The position numbers were made by a program, and so were the translations under genes. The notes beneath the pieces are model-generated. The model saw nothing but the letters and a program-made list of their open reading frames with translations, was not told the origin of the DNA and searched no databases. From NCBI GenBank assembly GCA_018653315.1, contig JABIAL010000037.1:1487-65486 (forward strand): a DNA stretch of 64,000 bases. The letters are read 5' to 3'. Positions 9,240 through 21,393 of this stretch are shown here, piece by piece. Each line of letters begins with the position of its first letter. Within the stretch, counting starts at the first letter, position 1. The stretch is from a bacterium (GTDB taxonomy: Bacteria > Patescibacteriota > Patescibacteriia > UBA1558 > GWA2-36-10).

Positions 9240-9469
9240 ACACGAGTAGCCAATTAGCATTTTGAGTGTTGAACATTAAACCGACAGCACGAAAAAAAGT
9301 GGAAAGAATCAATCAAAACGAATCAAAGTGAATGAGCTAATGACTACCTATCATCAAAACAACAGAAGGAACGGCAATGTATTTACCTTAGCATAAAAAT
9401 AATTAATCCGCAATACTTCTACAAATAGCTATTTTTAGCTATTTTTATTTACAATAAAAATTTAACAAA

Positions 9470-10975
9470 TTAATTATTCTGCAACCACTCCAATAGAGTC
9501 CGGACACCAAAACCAACACCACCAATTGGCGTATAATTATTAAATGATTTTTCAGCATAAGCCGGACCAGCAATATCCAAATGCGCCCAAACCACACCTT
9601 CTTTAATAAATTCTTGCAAAAACATAGCCGCCGTAATTGAACCACCATAGCGAGTGCTAGGAATATTTTTTATGTCGGCTATATTACTTTTATTCAAATC
9701 TTTATATTCTACTGGCAAAGGCATAGACCACATCTTCTCACCAGCCTTGTCAGCTGCATTTATCAAACTTTTATTCAGAGCTTGATCATTAGCATACAAA
9801 GCCGCATAATCAGTGCCCAAAGCCACAAGACATGCTCCAGTCAAAGTAGCTAAATCAATAATAGTGTCAGCTCCTTGTTTTTGGGCATAAGCCAAAGAAT
9901 CAGCTAATGTCACCCTTCCTTCAGCATCAGTATTACCAATCTCAATAGTTTTGCCTTGCATATTAGTCACCACATCACCTGGTTTCAAAGCTCCACCTGA
10001 GGGCATATTTTCACAAGCAGCAATAATACCATGTACTTCAGCTTTTAATTTTAACTGACCAATAGCTTCAAAAACTCCCAAAACAGTGGCTGCTCCACCC
10101 ATATCTATCTTCATCTGCTCCATACTGTCCCCAATCTTTATATTCAAACCACCGCTATCAAAAGTAATTCCTTTACCAACTATGGCTATTTTCTTCTTAG
10201 TAACTCTGGCCGGATGATAAATCAAATGAATAAATTTCGCAGCCTGTTCTGAGCCCTCGGCTACACTCAAAAAAGCATTCATACCAATTTTTTCAATTCG
10301 TTCTTTGTCTAAAATTTTAACTGAGATATTTTTATTATTTTTAGCAATAGCATTAGCTGTCTCTGCCAAAAAAGTCGGTGTCATTACTCCAGCTGGTTCA
10401 TTAACTAAATCACGAGCCAATATCGTACCTCTGGCTAACAATAAACCTAACTCCCAAGCTTTTTTAAAAGCATTTTTCTTAGCATTATCTAGCTCGATGT
10501 AGATCTCTTCTAGCTCAATCTTAATTTTATTTTTATCTTGTTGTTTATATTTAATAAAATCATAGCTCGCCAATAGCAAACCTTCTGCCAAGGCCTGAGC
10601 AAAATTATTAATATTATTATTTCCTTTTAACCAATGCTTAGCCGATAAGCCTATTTTTTTAGCTCGATAATTTTTAAGATAAGCAATCAAAGATCCAGCT
10701 GCTTTTCGCCAATCATCCATATCTACTTTATTTTCTTTGCCAAAACCAAATAAAATAACCGTCAAATCGTCACCATAGATAGTAAAAACCTGTCCTTGTT
10801 TACCAATAAAATTCTCTTTTTTTGTTCTGTTTAAAATAGCTTTTTCTTCTTCATAACATAAATCTTGCACTATTTTACTAAGGTGTTTTTCTCCCTCCAA
10901 CACAGGAATAAATAATAGCTCTATCTCCTGTTCATCAACATTTTTACTACAAAATTTTATTTCCATATATTTCAT
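9470..10975 (-). CDS. pepA: Leucyl aminopeptidase (M17 family)
   Basis: The NTDAEGR motif (IGNTDAEGRVTLAD) and M17 catalytic-domain conservation are present. The start is probably the internal ATG at 10975, not the ORF-track start at 11044. Confidence 0.85.
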   Translation of the reverse strand: MKYMEIKFCSKNVDEQEIELLFIPVLEGEKHLSKIVQDLCYEEEKAILNRTKKENFIGKQGQVFTIYGDDLTVILFGFGKENKVDMDDWRKAAGSLIAYLKNYRAKKIGLSAKHWLKGNNNINNFAQALAEGLLLASYDFIKYKQQDKNKIKIELEEIYIELDNAKKNAFKKAWELGLLLARGTILARDLVNEPAGVMTPTFLAETANAIAKNNKNISVKILDKERIEKIGMNAFLSVAEGSEQAAKFIHLIYHPARVTKKKIAIVGKGITFDSGGLNIKIGDSMEQMKIDMGGAATVLGVFEAIGQLKLKAEVHGIIAACENMPSGGALKPGDVVTNMQGKTIEIGNTDAEGRVTLADSLAYAQKQGADTIIDLATLTGACLVALGTDYAALYANDQALNKSLINAADKAGEKMWSMPLPVEYKDLNKSNIADIKNIPSTRYGGSITAAMFLQEFIKEGVVWAHLDIAGPAYAEKSFNNYTPIGGVGFGVRTLLEWLQNN

Positions 10976-11080
10976 TTTAATTATTAAATTTAACTTAACA
11001 TAGTTTAAAGCATATATCAATCTAATAAAAAAACCACCTTTCACGGCAGTTTTTTATGGTATACACAATTATGTGAAAAT

Positions 11081-11764
11081 TTATTTAATTGCTACTTTGA
11101 TGCTTGGCCCCATAGATGAAGCAATAAACATCGCTTTAATATAGGTTCCCTTAAGAGACTGCGGTTTTATTTTCTTTAATGATTCAAAGAAAGTATTAAA
11201 ATTTTCTACTAAATTTGCGTCATCAAATGATACTTTACCGATAACCAAGTGAACATTAGCAGCAGAATCATTTTTATATGATACCTTACCTTTCTTAAGC
11301 TCACCGATCATTTTCTTCAAGTCCTCACCGATAGTTCCAATTTTAGGATTTGGCATTAAACCTTTTTGTCCTAGAGTACGAGCAATTACTGCTAATTGTT
11401 TCATCATACCCGGAGTAGTAACAGCAATATCAAAATCACATTTGTTAGTTTTTTTAATCTCTGCAATTAAATCTTCATCGCCAACAATGTCTGCACCAGC
11501 ATCTTTTGCTTCTTTTAATCTATCATTTGGTACAAAAGCAGCAATCTTTACAGTCTTACCAGTACCGTGTGGCAAGTTAACTGAATCTCTAATAATTTGA
11601 TCACCTTTTTTTGGATCAATACCCAAACGAGCATGTACTTCTACAGAAGCATCAAATTTTACCTGTGATGTTTCTTTAACTAGCTTAATAGCTTCTTCGA
11701 TTGGATAAATTTTTTCCCTATCGATTTTTGCTTTAGCTTCTTTTAATCTTTTACTGATTTTCAT
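11081..11764 (-). CDS. rplA: 50S ribosomal protein L1
   Basis: The L1 N-terminus MKISKRLKEAKAKIDREKIYPIEEAIKLVKE matches. The ORF-track start at 11788 is a TTG. The ATG at 11764 gives the canonical N-terminus. Confidence 0.9.
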   Translation of the reverse strand: MKISKRLKEAKAKIDREKIYPIEEAIKLVKETSQVKFDASVEVHARLGIDPKKGDQIIRDSVNLPHGTGKTVKIAAFVPNDRLKEAKDAGADIVGDEDLIAEIKKTNKCDFDIAVTTPGMMKQLAVIARTLGQKGLMPNPKIGTIGEDLKKMIGELKKGKVSYKNDSAANVHLVIGKVSFDDANLVENFNTFFESLKKIKPQSLKGTYIKAMFIASSMGPSIKVAIK

Positions 11765-11827
11765 AATATTATAATTTGCGAGGTACAAATGCCCGATCGA
11801 CTAAAATCTGGCTCCCTCTAAAATAAT
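11765..11827 (-). promoter_or_regulatory. rplK-rplA intergenic leader containing GGGAGCC. Possible L1 autoregulatory binding site (a 23S rRNA H76-78 mimic).
   Basis: The minus-strand sequence ...gagggagccagattttagtcgatcgggcatttgtacctcgc... lies immediately 5' of rplA. L1 is known to autoregulate by binding an mRNA mimic of its rRNA site. No structural alignment was done. Confidence 0.25.
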
Positions 11828-12274
11828 TTATTTGCTTGCTCCGCCTTTGGCGGATTCAATTGTTACGCCCATTTGTTTAGCAGTACCAGCAATAATCTTT
11901 TTGGCTGCCTCTATGTCATTAGCGTTTAGATCTGGCATTTTCTTCTCAGCAATTTCAGTCAATTGAGCATCGGTCAATTTACCTACTTTTTCTTGTAATG
12001 GTTTACCTGACCCTTTTTTAAGACCAGCTTTGTCTTTGATCATTTCAGATGCAGGAGCAGTTTTTAAGATAAAATCAAAACTACGATCATCGTAAATACT
12101 TAACTCAACAGGAACAAGTTCTCCCATTCTATCTTTTGAATCTGCGTTAAATCTAGTACAAAACTCCTGGATGTTCAAACCATGGGGCCCTAAAGCGGTA
12201 CCGACTGGCGGTGCTGGAGTAGCTTTTCCGGCTTGAATCTGTAACTTAACAATCTGTTTTACTTCTTTTGCCAT
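11828..12274 (-). CDS. rplK: 50S ribosomal protein L11
   Basis: [39 protein letters not shown] is the canonical L11 sequence. Confidence 0.9.
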   Translation of the reverse strand: MAKEVKQIVKLQIQAGKATPAPPVGTALGPHGLNIQEFCTRFNADSKDRMGELVPVELSIYDDRSFDFILKTAPASEMIKDKAGLKKGSGKPLQEKVGKLTDAQLTEIAEKKMPDLNANDIEAAKKIIAGTAKQMGVTIESAKGGASK

Positions 12275-12283
12275 ATAATTAAT

Positions 12284-12829
12284 TTATATCTTCTTAATTT
12301 GTAAAAAATCTAACTCTACTGGGGTTTCACGACCAAACATAGAAACTAAAACTTTAGCCTTACCACGTGCTTCATCAACTTCTGAAACTTTACCTTCGTA
12401 ATCTTTAAATGGACCATCAACAATCTTAACAATTTCATCAACTGCAACGTCAACTTTATATTCAGGCTCATCTTGACCCATGCGTTGCATTAGTGACTGA
12501 ATTTCATCTTCAGAAACTGGCGTCGGCGTAGTACCAGAGCCAACGAATCCAGTAACATTTGGCGTATTACGAACAACATACCAAGACGCATCTGTTACAA
12601 TCATGCTAACCAAAACATAACCCGGAAAAATTTTTTCCTTGACCATTTTACGTTTACCATTTTTGATCTTAATCTTGGTTTCTACTGGAATCAAAACGTC
12701 AAAAATTTTATCTTCCATATCCATGGATTCAATTCTTTGACGTAAATTACGAGACACATTTTCTTCATAACCAGAATAAGTGTGTAGCACGTACCAGCGT
12801 CTGCCTTGTTGTGAAGTTTGTTTAGGCAT
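12284..12829 (-). CDS. nusG: Transcription termination/antitermination factor NusG
   Basis: NGN domain (RWYVLHTYSGYEENV), a C-terminal KOW (GKVSEVDEARGKAKVLVSMFGRETPVELDF), and synteny with secE/rplK. Confidence 0.9.
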   Translation of the reverse strand: MPKQTSQQGRRWYVLHTYSGYEENVSRNLRQRIESMDMEDKIFDVLIPVETKIKIKNGKRKMVKEKIFPGYVLVSMIVTDASWYVVRNTPNVTGFVGSGTTPTPVSEDEIQSLMQRMGQDEPEYKVDVAVDEIVKIVDGPFKDYEGKVSEVDEARGKAKVLVSMFGRETPVELDFLQIKKI

Positions 12830-12838
12830 AAGTTTATT

Positions 12839-13027
12839 TTAAATAAATAACTCTAATACTTTATTTAAACCATAATCAATTGCTCCCAAAAAGACAGCAA
12901 CGGCAATAGAAATAGCAATCACAATGCCAGTATGATTAATAGTAGTTTGTCTAGAAGGCCAAGACACCTTACCTAGCTCTTCACGAGATTTTTTGAGGTA
13001 ATTAAATAATTTTTTCATATATTTCAA
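12839..13027 (-). CDS. secE: Preprotein translocase subunit SecE
   Basis: Small single-TM protein (KVSWPSRQTTINHTGIVIAISIAVAVFLGAIDYG) immediately upstream of nusG. The true start may be the ATG at 13018. Confidence 0.75.
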   Translation of the reverse strand: MKYMKKLFNYLKKSREELGKVSWPSRQTTINHTGIVIAISIAVAVFLGAIDYGLNKVLELFI

Positions 13028-13041
13028 ATATTGGTATTTTA

Positions 13042-13063
13042 AAACAGCCTATCTGAGCTGTTT
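13042..13063 (-). terminator. 7-bp hairpin AAACAGC-CTATCTGA-GCTGTTT downstream of the membrane glycosyltransferase gene and upstream of secE
   Basis: Perfect inverted repeat with a U-rich tract on the minus strand. AT-rich and weak. Confidence 0.35.
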
Positions 13064-13150
13064 ATACTGAACAAAATATAGCACAAAAAAACAATTTTGA
13101 CAAGGCCTACAGAAAACTCTCTAAAAATAATACTTTTTATCTAAAATTAG

Positions 13151-14941
13151 CTATTTTCTAACAAATATAGACCAATTATTTAAGTTATATACTTCCTGCC
13201 AATATTGCTCTGAAATCAAATCTTTTTGTATACGAAGTTCTACATCTTTACCTCCGTTAGGAAAATCATCATGCCAAAACCACAATAAATATTCGTCAAC
13301 ACCATATAGATCTGTATTGTGATACAGCAACATAGCATCTATCTGCCTTGGATAGCCCTTGTCTATGATCTCTATAAATTCTTCTGGATTATTAGCTGCG
13401 CTTAATTTTTCTATTTCTGCCATCCGAACATTATAATTAGCTGCATGATGACTAAAATGTACACTGTGAGTAATATAATATGATAATGGTAAATAAGCGC
13501 CAACTTCCATAGAACCGCTTGATAGCCAAGTTCTCTCAGCATTGTCTGGAACATTATTCTTTATAGCCTCTACTAATTGAGTTATTTTTTGCTGAGCGTG
13601 CAAATCTTGTTCTATTTGTCTAAGCACAACTGGATCATCCATGAAATACACAAAAGGCATTCTAGAGACTAATAAAAGGAAACCAAGTATTACTACTCCT
13701 CTTTTAAATTTTAGCTGCCACTGAGAAATATATTTTTTGTAAACATAAATTAATAAATAAGTTAAGCCAACTGCAATTGCTGCTGTACCTAAAAACCAAA
13801 AACCCTTAGATGCTTGAATTGGCTTATGTCCTAACAAAAACAAAAATTGATTAAAAAATTGATAAACAAAAGTCGATGCTAGTACAATTAAACTTGCTTT
13901 GACAAAACTTTTTTTGACAAAAAATATTAAAGCAGCCAAACCAAATACATACATAATAGACTGCAAAGACAAATGTTGCCAAGGTACGTAGCTAAAAAAA
14001 TCTTCTGGCACAAAATGTGTCGCCTGACCAGCCTCTAAGCCATATTTAAAATATGACAAAAGTAATGGCACGATAAATACAGATGCTATCAAACTAATAA
14101 TAAGACCAAATAATACCGTTCTTTTTATATTAAGCCATTTATCTTTAGCCAATAAAGCTAGGACAAAAATAGCTGGCACTAACATGACCCACCAAAAATA
14201 ATAAATCAAAAATAATAAACCACCAGTAACTCCTATGAATAAGTATTGTTTATAATTCCATTTTTTATTATTAAAACTCTTGGCTATAAATCCAATCAAA
14301 ATAACACTAAATAAAGCCGGTAAACATTCGTATGGTTTTAGCATAACAGAATCAAAGTCTAACATGGCTATATAGATCACAGGTAATAACCACCAAAACC
14401 AAGCAGACGATTCAATAGATTTGTCTTCCTCTCGACAACTCGGCTGAGCTCGCCGTAGCCTTCGCTCGAGATTTTCAACTTTTTTAACTAGACTTATTTT
14501 ATTCCAAAAATACTTTTGCCATAAATAAGAGCCCAGAAACCATAAAATAAGTGTCCCTGCAATTCCTGCCTTGGCTGCTACTATAGCATTAGAAGCAAAC
14601 GGCCTAGACAGTAACCCTGTTACCCAAAAATAAAGTGGCGGATAAAACTGAGGTAACCAATCATAATAAAAATCATGCCAAGGATTTCCTAATAAAACTT
14701 TACCGAGAAATCCTAAAACAAACAACTCATCGCCAACATTCCCCCACCACATAGTTTTTAACGGTAATGCCAAAACTAAATAAAAAGAAACAAAAACAAC
14801 CGTGGTTAGTAACATGAATACCCATGGTTGCTTTTTTTTATAAATAAAAAATATTATTAGAAATGTGTATAGAAAAAATATTATTTTTGACAAGGCCAAA
14901 ATGTTTAAAGTTTGCTGACTAATATCTAGAATCATAAACAA
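13151..14941 (-). CDS. Polytopic membrane protein, probably a GT-C fold glycosyltransferase (PMT/ArnT-like)
   Basis: 596 aa with ~12 predicted TM helices and a conserved-looking Asp/Glu in the first extracytoplasmic loop (WWGNVGDELFVLG). It contains an in-frame GC-rich repeat copy at 14438-14460. Confidence 0.45.
   Translation of the reverse strand: MFMILDISQQTLNILALSKIIFFLYTFLIIFFIYKKKQPWVFMLLTTVVFVSFYLVLALPLKTMWWGNVGDELFVLGFLGKVLLGNPWHDFYYDWLPQFYPPLYFWVTGLLSRPFASNAIVAAKAGIAGTLILWFLGSYLWQKYFWNKISLVKKVENLERRLRRAQPSCREEDKSIESSAWFWWLLPVIYIAMLDFDSVMLKPYECLPALFSVILIGFIAKSFNNKKWNYKQYLFIGVTGGLLFLIYYFWWVMLVPAIFVLALLAKDKWLNIKRTVLFGLIISLIASVFIVPLLLSYFKYGLEAGQATHFVPEDFFSYVPWQHLSLQSIMYVFGLAALIFFVKKSFVKASLIVLASTFVYQFFNQFLFLLGHKPIQASKGFWFLGTAAIAVGLTYLLIYVYKKYISQWQLKFKRGVVILGFLLLVSRMPFVYFMDDPVVLRQIEQDLHAQQKITQLVEAIKNNVPDNAERTWLSSGSMEVGAYLPLSYYITHSVHFSHHAANYNVRMAEIEKLSAANNPEEFIEIIDKGYPRQIDAMLLYHNTDLYGVDEYLLWFWHDDFPNGGKDVELRIQKDLISEQYWQEVYNLNNWSIFVRK
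14438..14460. repeat. GC-rich 23-nt repeat ACTCGGCTGAG[C/T]TCGCCGT[A/G]GCC, copy 1. It is in-frame inside the glycosyltransferase CDS and encodes ...RRAQPSC... The second copy is at 62353-62375.
   Basis: 21 of 23 positions are identical between the two loci. Both sit in an otherwise AT-rich window. Confidence 0.7.
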
Positions 14942-14950
14942 TGTTTAATT

Positions 14951-17029
<2,079 letters not shown>

Positions 17030-17160
17030 TTAAGCTTAATCTTTCGATTGCTTTTTAAGATGAATAATATAGTCTAATTTTAGCATAATTTGACCAAAAA
17101 AACAAGCTAAAGTAAGCCTGTTTTTTTACTTAAGATTAGCTAAAAAAGTAGCTAAAATTG

Positions 17161-19590
17161 CTATCTTTGAACAGCTTTAAATTTTTTCTTTAAGACGCCT
17201 GTTATTTCCTTAACTAAGACATCAGCATCCTCTGATTCTAAGGTTTTTTCAGGGCTACGAAGTTCAACATGAAATGCCAATGATTTTTGTCCTGCTGGCA
17301 CTCCTTTGCCCATAAAGACGTCAAAAGGCTCAACACTAACAATAATATTAGATAGTTTATAAATTTCTACTGACAGATCCGTCCATTGTACATCCTCGTC
17401 TATTAAGATCGCTACATCACGTATAATACTAGGAAACTTAGATATTGATTGATAGACTTTATTTCTGTTCAAATATTTTACTAAAACCGAAAAATTAAAT
17501 TCCCACCATGTTGTTTGCACCGATTTTGTACCGCTATCTAGTAGCTCTTTATTTAATAAACCGTAATGTCCTAAAACTACATCTTGATGCTTAATAACAT
17601 AAGCTAACTTACTATACGATAACTCCGTAGCCTCCAAGGTCCAATCGATTCCTAAATAATCTTGTAAATTTTCTAATAAACCTTTAGTTTGTAAAAACGC
17701 TTCCTGAGCAGACAAATTGACTACCGATACTCCTGTTAAATATTTGTCTTGCAAAGGCAGGTATTTCTTTTTTCCATGACTAACAGCATAGATACTATTA
17801 GCAGATTTATCAAAAACTCGATCTAATTCAAAAATATTTATCTGATCAAAAAATCTCAAATTCTCCTCTGCTTTGGTTAATAAATTTGGTAATAAAGAAA
17901 GATTCAAATATTGTAGCTCCGGTGTAAAACTATTAGTAACTTTAATAAAATCCTTGGTATCAAAGCCCAATTTTTCTGCCCAAGCAATATTTGTAAAAGG
18001 ATAAGTGTAAACCTCTGAATAACTATGCGCTTGACTTAACCAATATCGAATATCTCTAGAGGCCTTAAGTGCTACATCAATGATTGGTGATTGAATAGAT
18101 ACTTTTGGTAAAATAGCCTGAATATTATCATAGCCATAAATACGAGCTACCTCCTCTACAATGTCCTCAGGAATAGAAATGTCTTTAGTTGCTCTAAAAG
18201 ATGGTACTTTGATATCAAAAATACCAGCCTTATACTTCACCTCAAATTGTAATCTAGTCAAAATATCTTGAATATCTTTTTGAGGAACATCAACACCGAA
18301 ACGATCATTGATCAATTTCTCCTCTACTTTTAGATTAATTGTTTCAAATGGATTATTATTTACATCTATTAATTTACTAGCCACATAAGACTCCTTACTG
18401 ATTTCTAAGATTAATTCACTTGCTTTTTTAATGGCTTGTTCGGCTAATTCTGGATCTAAAGATTTTTCAAAACGAGTAGAACTTTCTGAACGCAAACCTA
18501 ATGCCGTAGAAGTACGACGAACATTAGCTGCTTTAAAATTAGCTGATTCTAAAATAATATCAGTGGTATCTGAATTAATTTCACTATTTTGACCACCCAT
18601 AATCCCAGCCAAGGCAATATATTTCTTAGAATCGGCAATCATCAAATAATCTTCAGATAATTTTCTCTTAGTTCCATCTAAACTGATAAATTTTTCTCCT
18701 TTTTTGGCTGTCTTTATTTCAATTTGATTTTTATCAACTTGCTTAGCATCAAATGCGTGCATTGGCTGTCCTAATTCATACATCACAAAATTAGTAACAT
18801 CAACAATATTATTAATTGGTCTAATACCAACTGCTTGCAAACGAGTTTGTAGCCACCAAGGAGACGCCTGAATTTTTATGTTTTTTATAACTAGCCCTAA
18901 ATAACGAAAACATTTTTCTTTATCTCTAACGCTTACTTTTAATTTAACTTCATCTTTAAGACTAATATTACTTACCACATAATCTTTTAACTTAGTACGA
19001 TAAATAGCCGCTATCTCTCTGGCTAAACCATATTGCCCCCATAAATCTGGGCGATGATTGATAGATTTATTATCAATATCAATAATAAAATCATCTAAAC
19101 CTAAAGCTGAGGCTAAATTTTCACCGACTTTAAGATTAAATTTTGATAAATCTAAAATATCCTTTTCTGATTTGACTGGAAAAAGATTAGTTAAACCAAT
19201 TTCTGAAGCGGCGGCGATCATGCCAACACTCTGTACACCGCGAATTTTTACTTGTTCTAGGGTAACCCAATCTCCTTCACCATGCCAACGCACACGACTA
19301 CCGATAGTAGCTACCGCCACTAACATACCTGTGGTTAAATTAACGCCTCCACAGACAATTTGTTCTTCTCTATCACCTAAAGAAACACTGCAAACCTGCA
19401 AACGATCGGCTTTGGGATGCTTGGTAATCTCTTTAATCTTACCAACTACAATACCCTTCAAGCTATCTGCTTGGTCTATTACTTCCTCTACCTCAACGGT
19501 AGACATAGTCAAATCATTAGCTAATTGTTTTGGTGTAAGATCTTTTGGTAATTTTACCCAATCTTTTATCCAATTTACTGATAAATACAT
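17161..19590 (-). CDS. pheT: Phenylalanyl-tRNA synthetase beta subunit
   Basis: 809 aa with an N-terminal tRNA-binding domain (SVNWIKDWV) and B3/4 and B5 domains. It lies adjacent to pheS. Confidence 0.9.
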   Translation of the reverse strand: MYLSVNWIKDWVKLPKDLTPKQLANDLTMSTVEVEEVIDQADSLKGIVVGKIKEITKHPKADRLQVCSVSLGDREEQIVCGGVNLTTGMLVAVATIGSRVRWHGEGDWVTLEQVKIRGVQSVGMIAAASEIGLTNLFPVKSEKDILDLSKFNLKVGENLASALGLDDFIIDIDNKSINHRPDLWGQYGLAREIAAIYRTKLKDYVVSNISLKDEVKLKVSVRDKEKCFRYLGLVIKNIKIQASPWWLQTRLQAVGIRPINNIVDVTNFVMYELGQPMHAFDAKQVDKNQIEIKTAKKGEKFISLDGTKRKLSEDYLMIADSKKYIALAGIMGGQNSEINSDTTDIILESANFKAANVRRTSTALGLRSESSTRFEKSLDPELAEQAIKKASELILEISKESYVASKLIDVNNNPFETINLKVEEKLINDRFGVDVPQKDIQDILTRLQFEVKYKAGIFDIKVPSFRATKDISIPEDIVEEVARIYGYDNIQAILPKVSIQSPIIDVALKASRDIRYWLSQAHSYSEVYTYPFTNIAWAEKLGFDTKDFIKVTNSFTPELQYLNLSLLPNLLTKAEENLRFFDQINIFELDRVFDKSANSIYAVSHGKKKYLPLQDKYLTGVSVVNLSAQEAFLQTKGLLENLQDYLGIDWTLEATELSYSKLAYVIKHQDVVLGHYGLLNKELLDSGTKSVQTTWWEFNFSVLVKYLNRNKVYQSISKFPSIIRDVAILIDEDVQWTDLSVEIYKLSNIIVSVEPFDVFMGKGVPAGQKSLAFHVELRSPEKTLESEDADVLVKEITGVLKKKFKAVQR

Positions 19591-19599
19591 ATTTAAAAA

Positions 19600-20607
19600 C
19601 TAAAATTGATTAAGAAATCTAAGATCACCGGACTGTAATAAACGAATATCATCAATCCGATATTTCATCATAGTCATACGAGTAAGACCTAGACCAAAAG
19701 CAAAACCAGAATATTCTTTGGGGTCTACTCCAGTAGCTTCTAAAACTTTTGGGTGAACCATGCCACAAGGCATAAGCTCTAACCAGCCAGATTGTTTACA
19801 AACAGAACAGCCATCACCGTCGCAAATCAAACATTTTATGTCCATTTCAAAACCAGGCTCAACAAAGGGAAAAAATCCTGGACGCAAACGAACATCAACA
19901 TCTGTTTGAAATACGGATGATAATAATGTTTTCATGGTAGCAATTAAATTGCCAATATTAATATCCTTATCAATCATTAAGCCTTCTAATTGGTAAAAAG
20001 TATGATCATGCGAAGCGTCAGTAGCCTCATAACGAAATACCCTGCCAGGGAAAATACCTCTAAAAGGTGCGCCATGTTTTTCTAACATCCGTATTTGTAA
20101 ATTGGAAGTATGAGTACGCAATAAATTCTTTCCTTCTACCCAAAAAGTATCTTGAGTATCACGAGCTGGATGATCTTCCGGGATATTCAAAGCGGTGAAA
20201 TTATAATAATCTGATTCTAATTGCGGACCATCATAAACTGTAAATCCCATTTTACTAAAAGCATCCTCAATTTCGTATTGAACGATTGTAGAAGGATTTA
20301 AGTGTCCTTTATCTTTTCTGTTGCCTGGTAATGTTGGATCAAAATCTACACCTTCATCAGCCTGACCATGCCAAAGCTTTTCCGCCCGGTCAAAAAGAAC
20401 CACTAACTCTTTCTTTACTTCGTTAGCTAATTGACCAATACGTGGTTTTTCTTCAATAGTTAAATCTTTGAGACCTTTTAAGATGGTTGCCAACTCACCT
20501 TTACGTCCCAAATATTTAGTCTTCAGGTCAGCTACAAACTTAGCATCCTTTACCTCATCTAATTCTTTGATGATCCTATTTTTTAAACTTTTTAATTTAA
20601 TTTCCAT
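19600..20607 (-). CDS. pheS: Phenylalanyl-tRNA synthetase alpha subunit
   Basis: Class II motifs are present (FRVFRYEATDASHDHTFYQLEG, GFAFGLGLTRMTM). Confidence 0.9.
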   Translation of the reverse strand: MEIKLKSLKNRIIKELDEVKDAKFVADLKTKYLGRKGELATILKGLKDLTIEEKPRIGQLANEVKKELVVLFDRAEKLWHGQADEGVDFDPTLPGNRKDKGHLNPSTIVQYEIEDAFSKMGFTVYDGPQLESDYYNFTALNIPEDHPARDTQDTFWVEGKNLLRTHTSNLQIRMLEKHGAPFRGIFPGRVFRYEATDASHDHTFYQLEGLMIDKDINIGNLIATMKTLLSSVFQTDVDVRLRPGFFPFVEPGFEMDIKCLICDGDGCSVCKQSGWLELMPCGMVHPKVLEATGVDPKEYSGFAFGLGLTRMTMMKYRIDDIRLLQSGDLRFLNQF

Positions 20608-20646
20608 ATAATCTTTAATTGCTTTTATATTTACCCCGTTAGATGT

Positions 20647-21039
20647 TTATTTATCTAACTTAGGTTGGCGAAATACCAAAACTAAAAACTCAAATAATGT
20701 TGCAACAATTATCAATAATAATATATTCCACCAGGTTAACAAACGTGAAGATTGTAAAATTAAAGCAATTATTAAAATAATTGAAAAAATTATAGCCTGA
20801 CGGAAAGATTCAGCAGCAGATCTATAAGATAGCTCTTTTTTGTGTCGCCAGATTTTGCGCCACCAAAAACCTAAAATTGCTAAACTACCTAAAACACTTA
20901 AAAATAAACTAACATAAAAAAACACAAACACCGCCATATTAGCTTGATTAGGGTCAAAATTACCAATCACCAAGAAAAAACCGAGCCAAGCAACAATGGT
21001 GGCTCCAAGCATAGCGAAATTGTATATTTTTATTTGCAT
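20647..21039 (-). CDS. Hypothetical small membrane protein (4 TM helices)
   Basis: 130-aa hydrophobic ORF with no recognisable family. Confidence 0.4.
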   Translation of the reverse strand: MQIKIYNFAMLGATIVAWLGFFLVIGNFDPNQANMAVFVFFYVSLFLSVLGSLAILGFWWRKIWRHKKELSYRSAAESFRQAIIFSIILIIALILQSSRLLTWWNILLLIIVATLFEFLVLVFRQPKLDK

Positions 21040-21094
21040 TGCATTAAATATACTAAAAATAGCTCAAAAAATCAATCCCTCAGTTTAAAATAGA

Positions 21095-21391
21095 CTAGCT
21101 CAAAAAATGTAGATCATCTACTACTTCTTGCTGCCAATATGCATTTATAGCCTCTATAAACATTGCTTTATCCTCTGTTAATTTATGTAAAATGTCATCA
21201 GACAAAATAGCAATGGTCAATAATTTCTTTTTAAAATAAATAGCTTGAGCCTTGCTTTCAACATCATCATCAAAAAACTGTACTAATAGTTTATTAGCAC
21301 TATCTATCACCAAAGAATCTTTGGCTTGTTTCCAAGTGTTATTATGAGTTACTTTATACTTAGCTAAATTTTTAAAAGAATTCCACGGCAT
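21095..21391 (-). CDS. Hypothetical protein, translationally coupled to the helicase-nuclease gene (ATGA overlap)
   Basis: 98-aa ORF whose start overlaps the stop of the 974-aa helicase-nuclease gene by 4 nt. Confidence 0.4.
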   Translation of the reverse strand: MPWNSFKNLAKYKVTHNNTWKQAKDSLVIDSANKLLVQFFDDDVESKAQAIYFKKKLLTIAILSDDILHKLTEDKAMFIEAINAYWQQEVVDDLHFLS

Positions 21392-21393
21392 AA

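Noticed and set aside
19058-19603. 181-aa plus-strand ORF antisense to pheT
   Set aside because: It lies entirely within the conserved pheT CDS on the other strand and has a Ser/Thr/Ile-rich low-complexity product. It is a shadow ORF.
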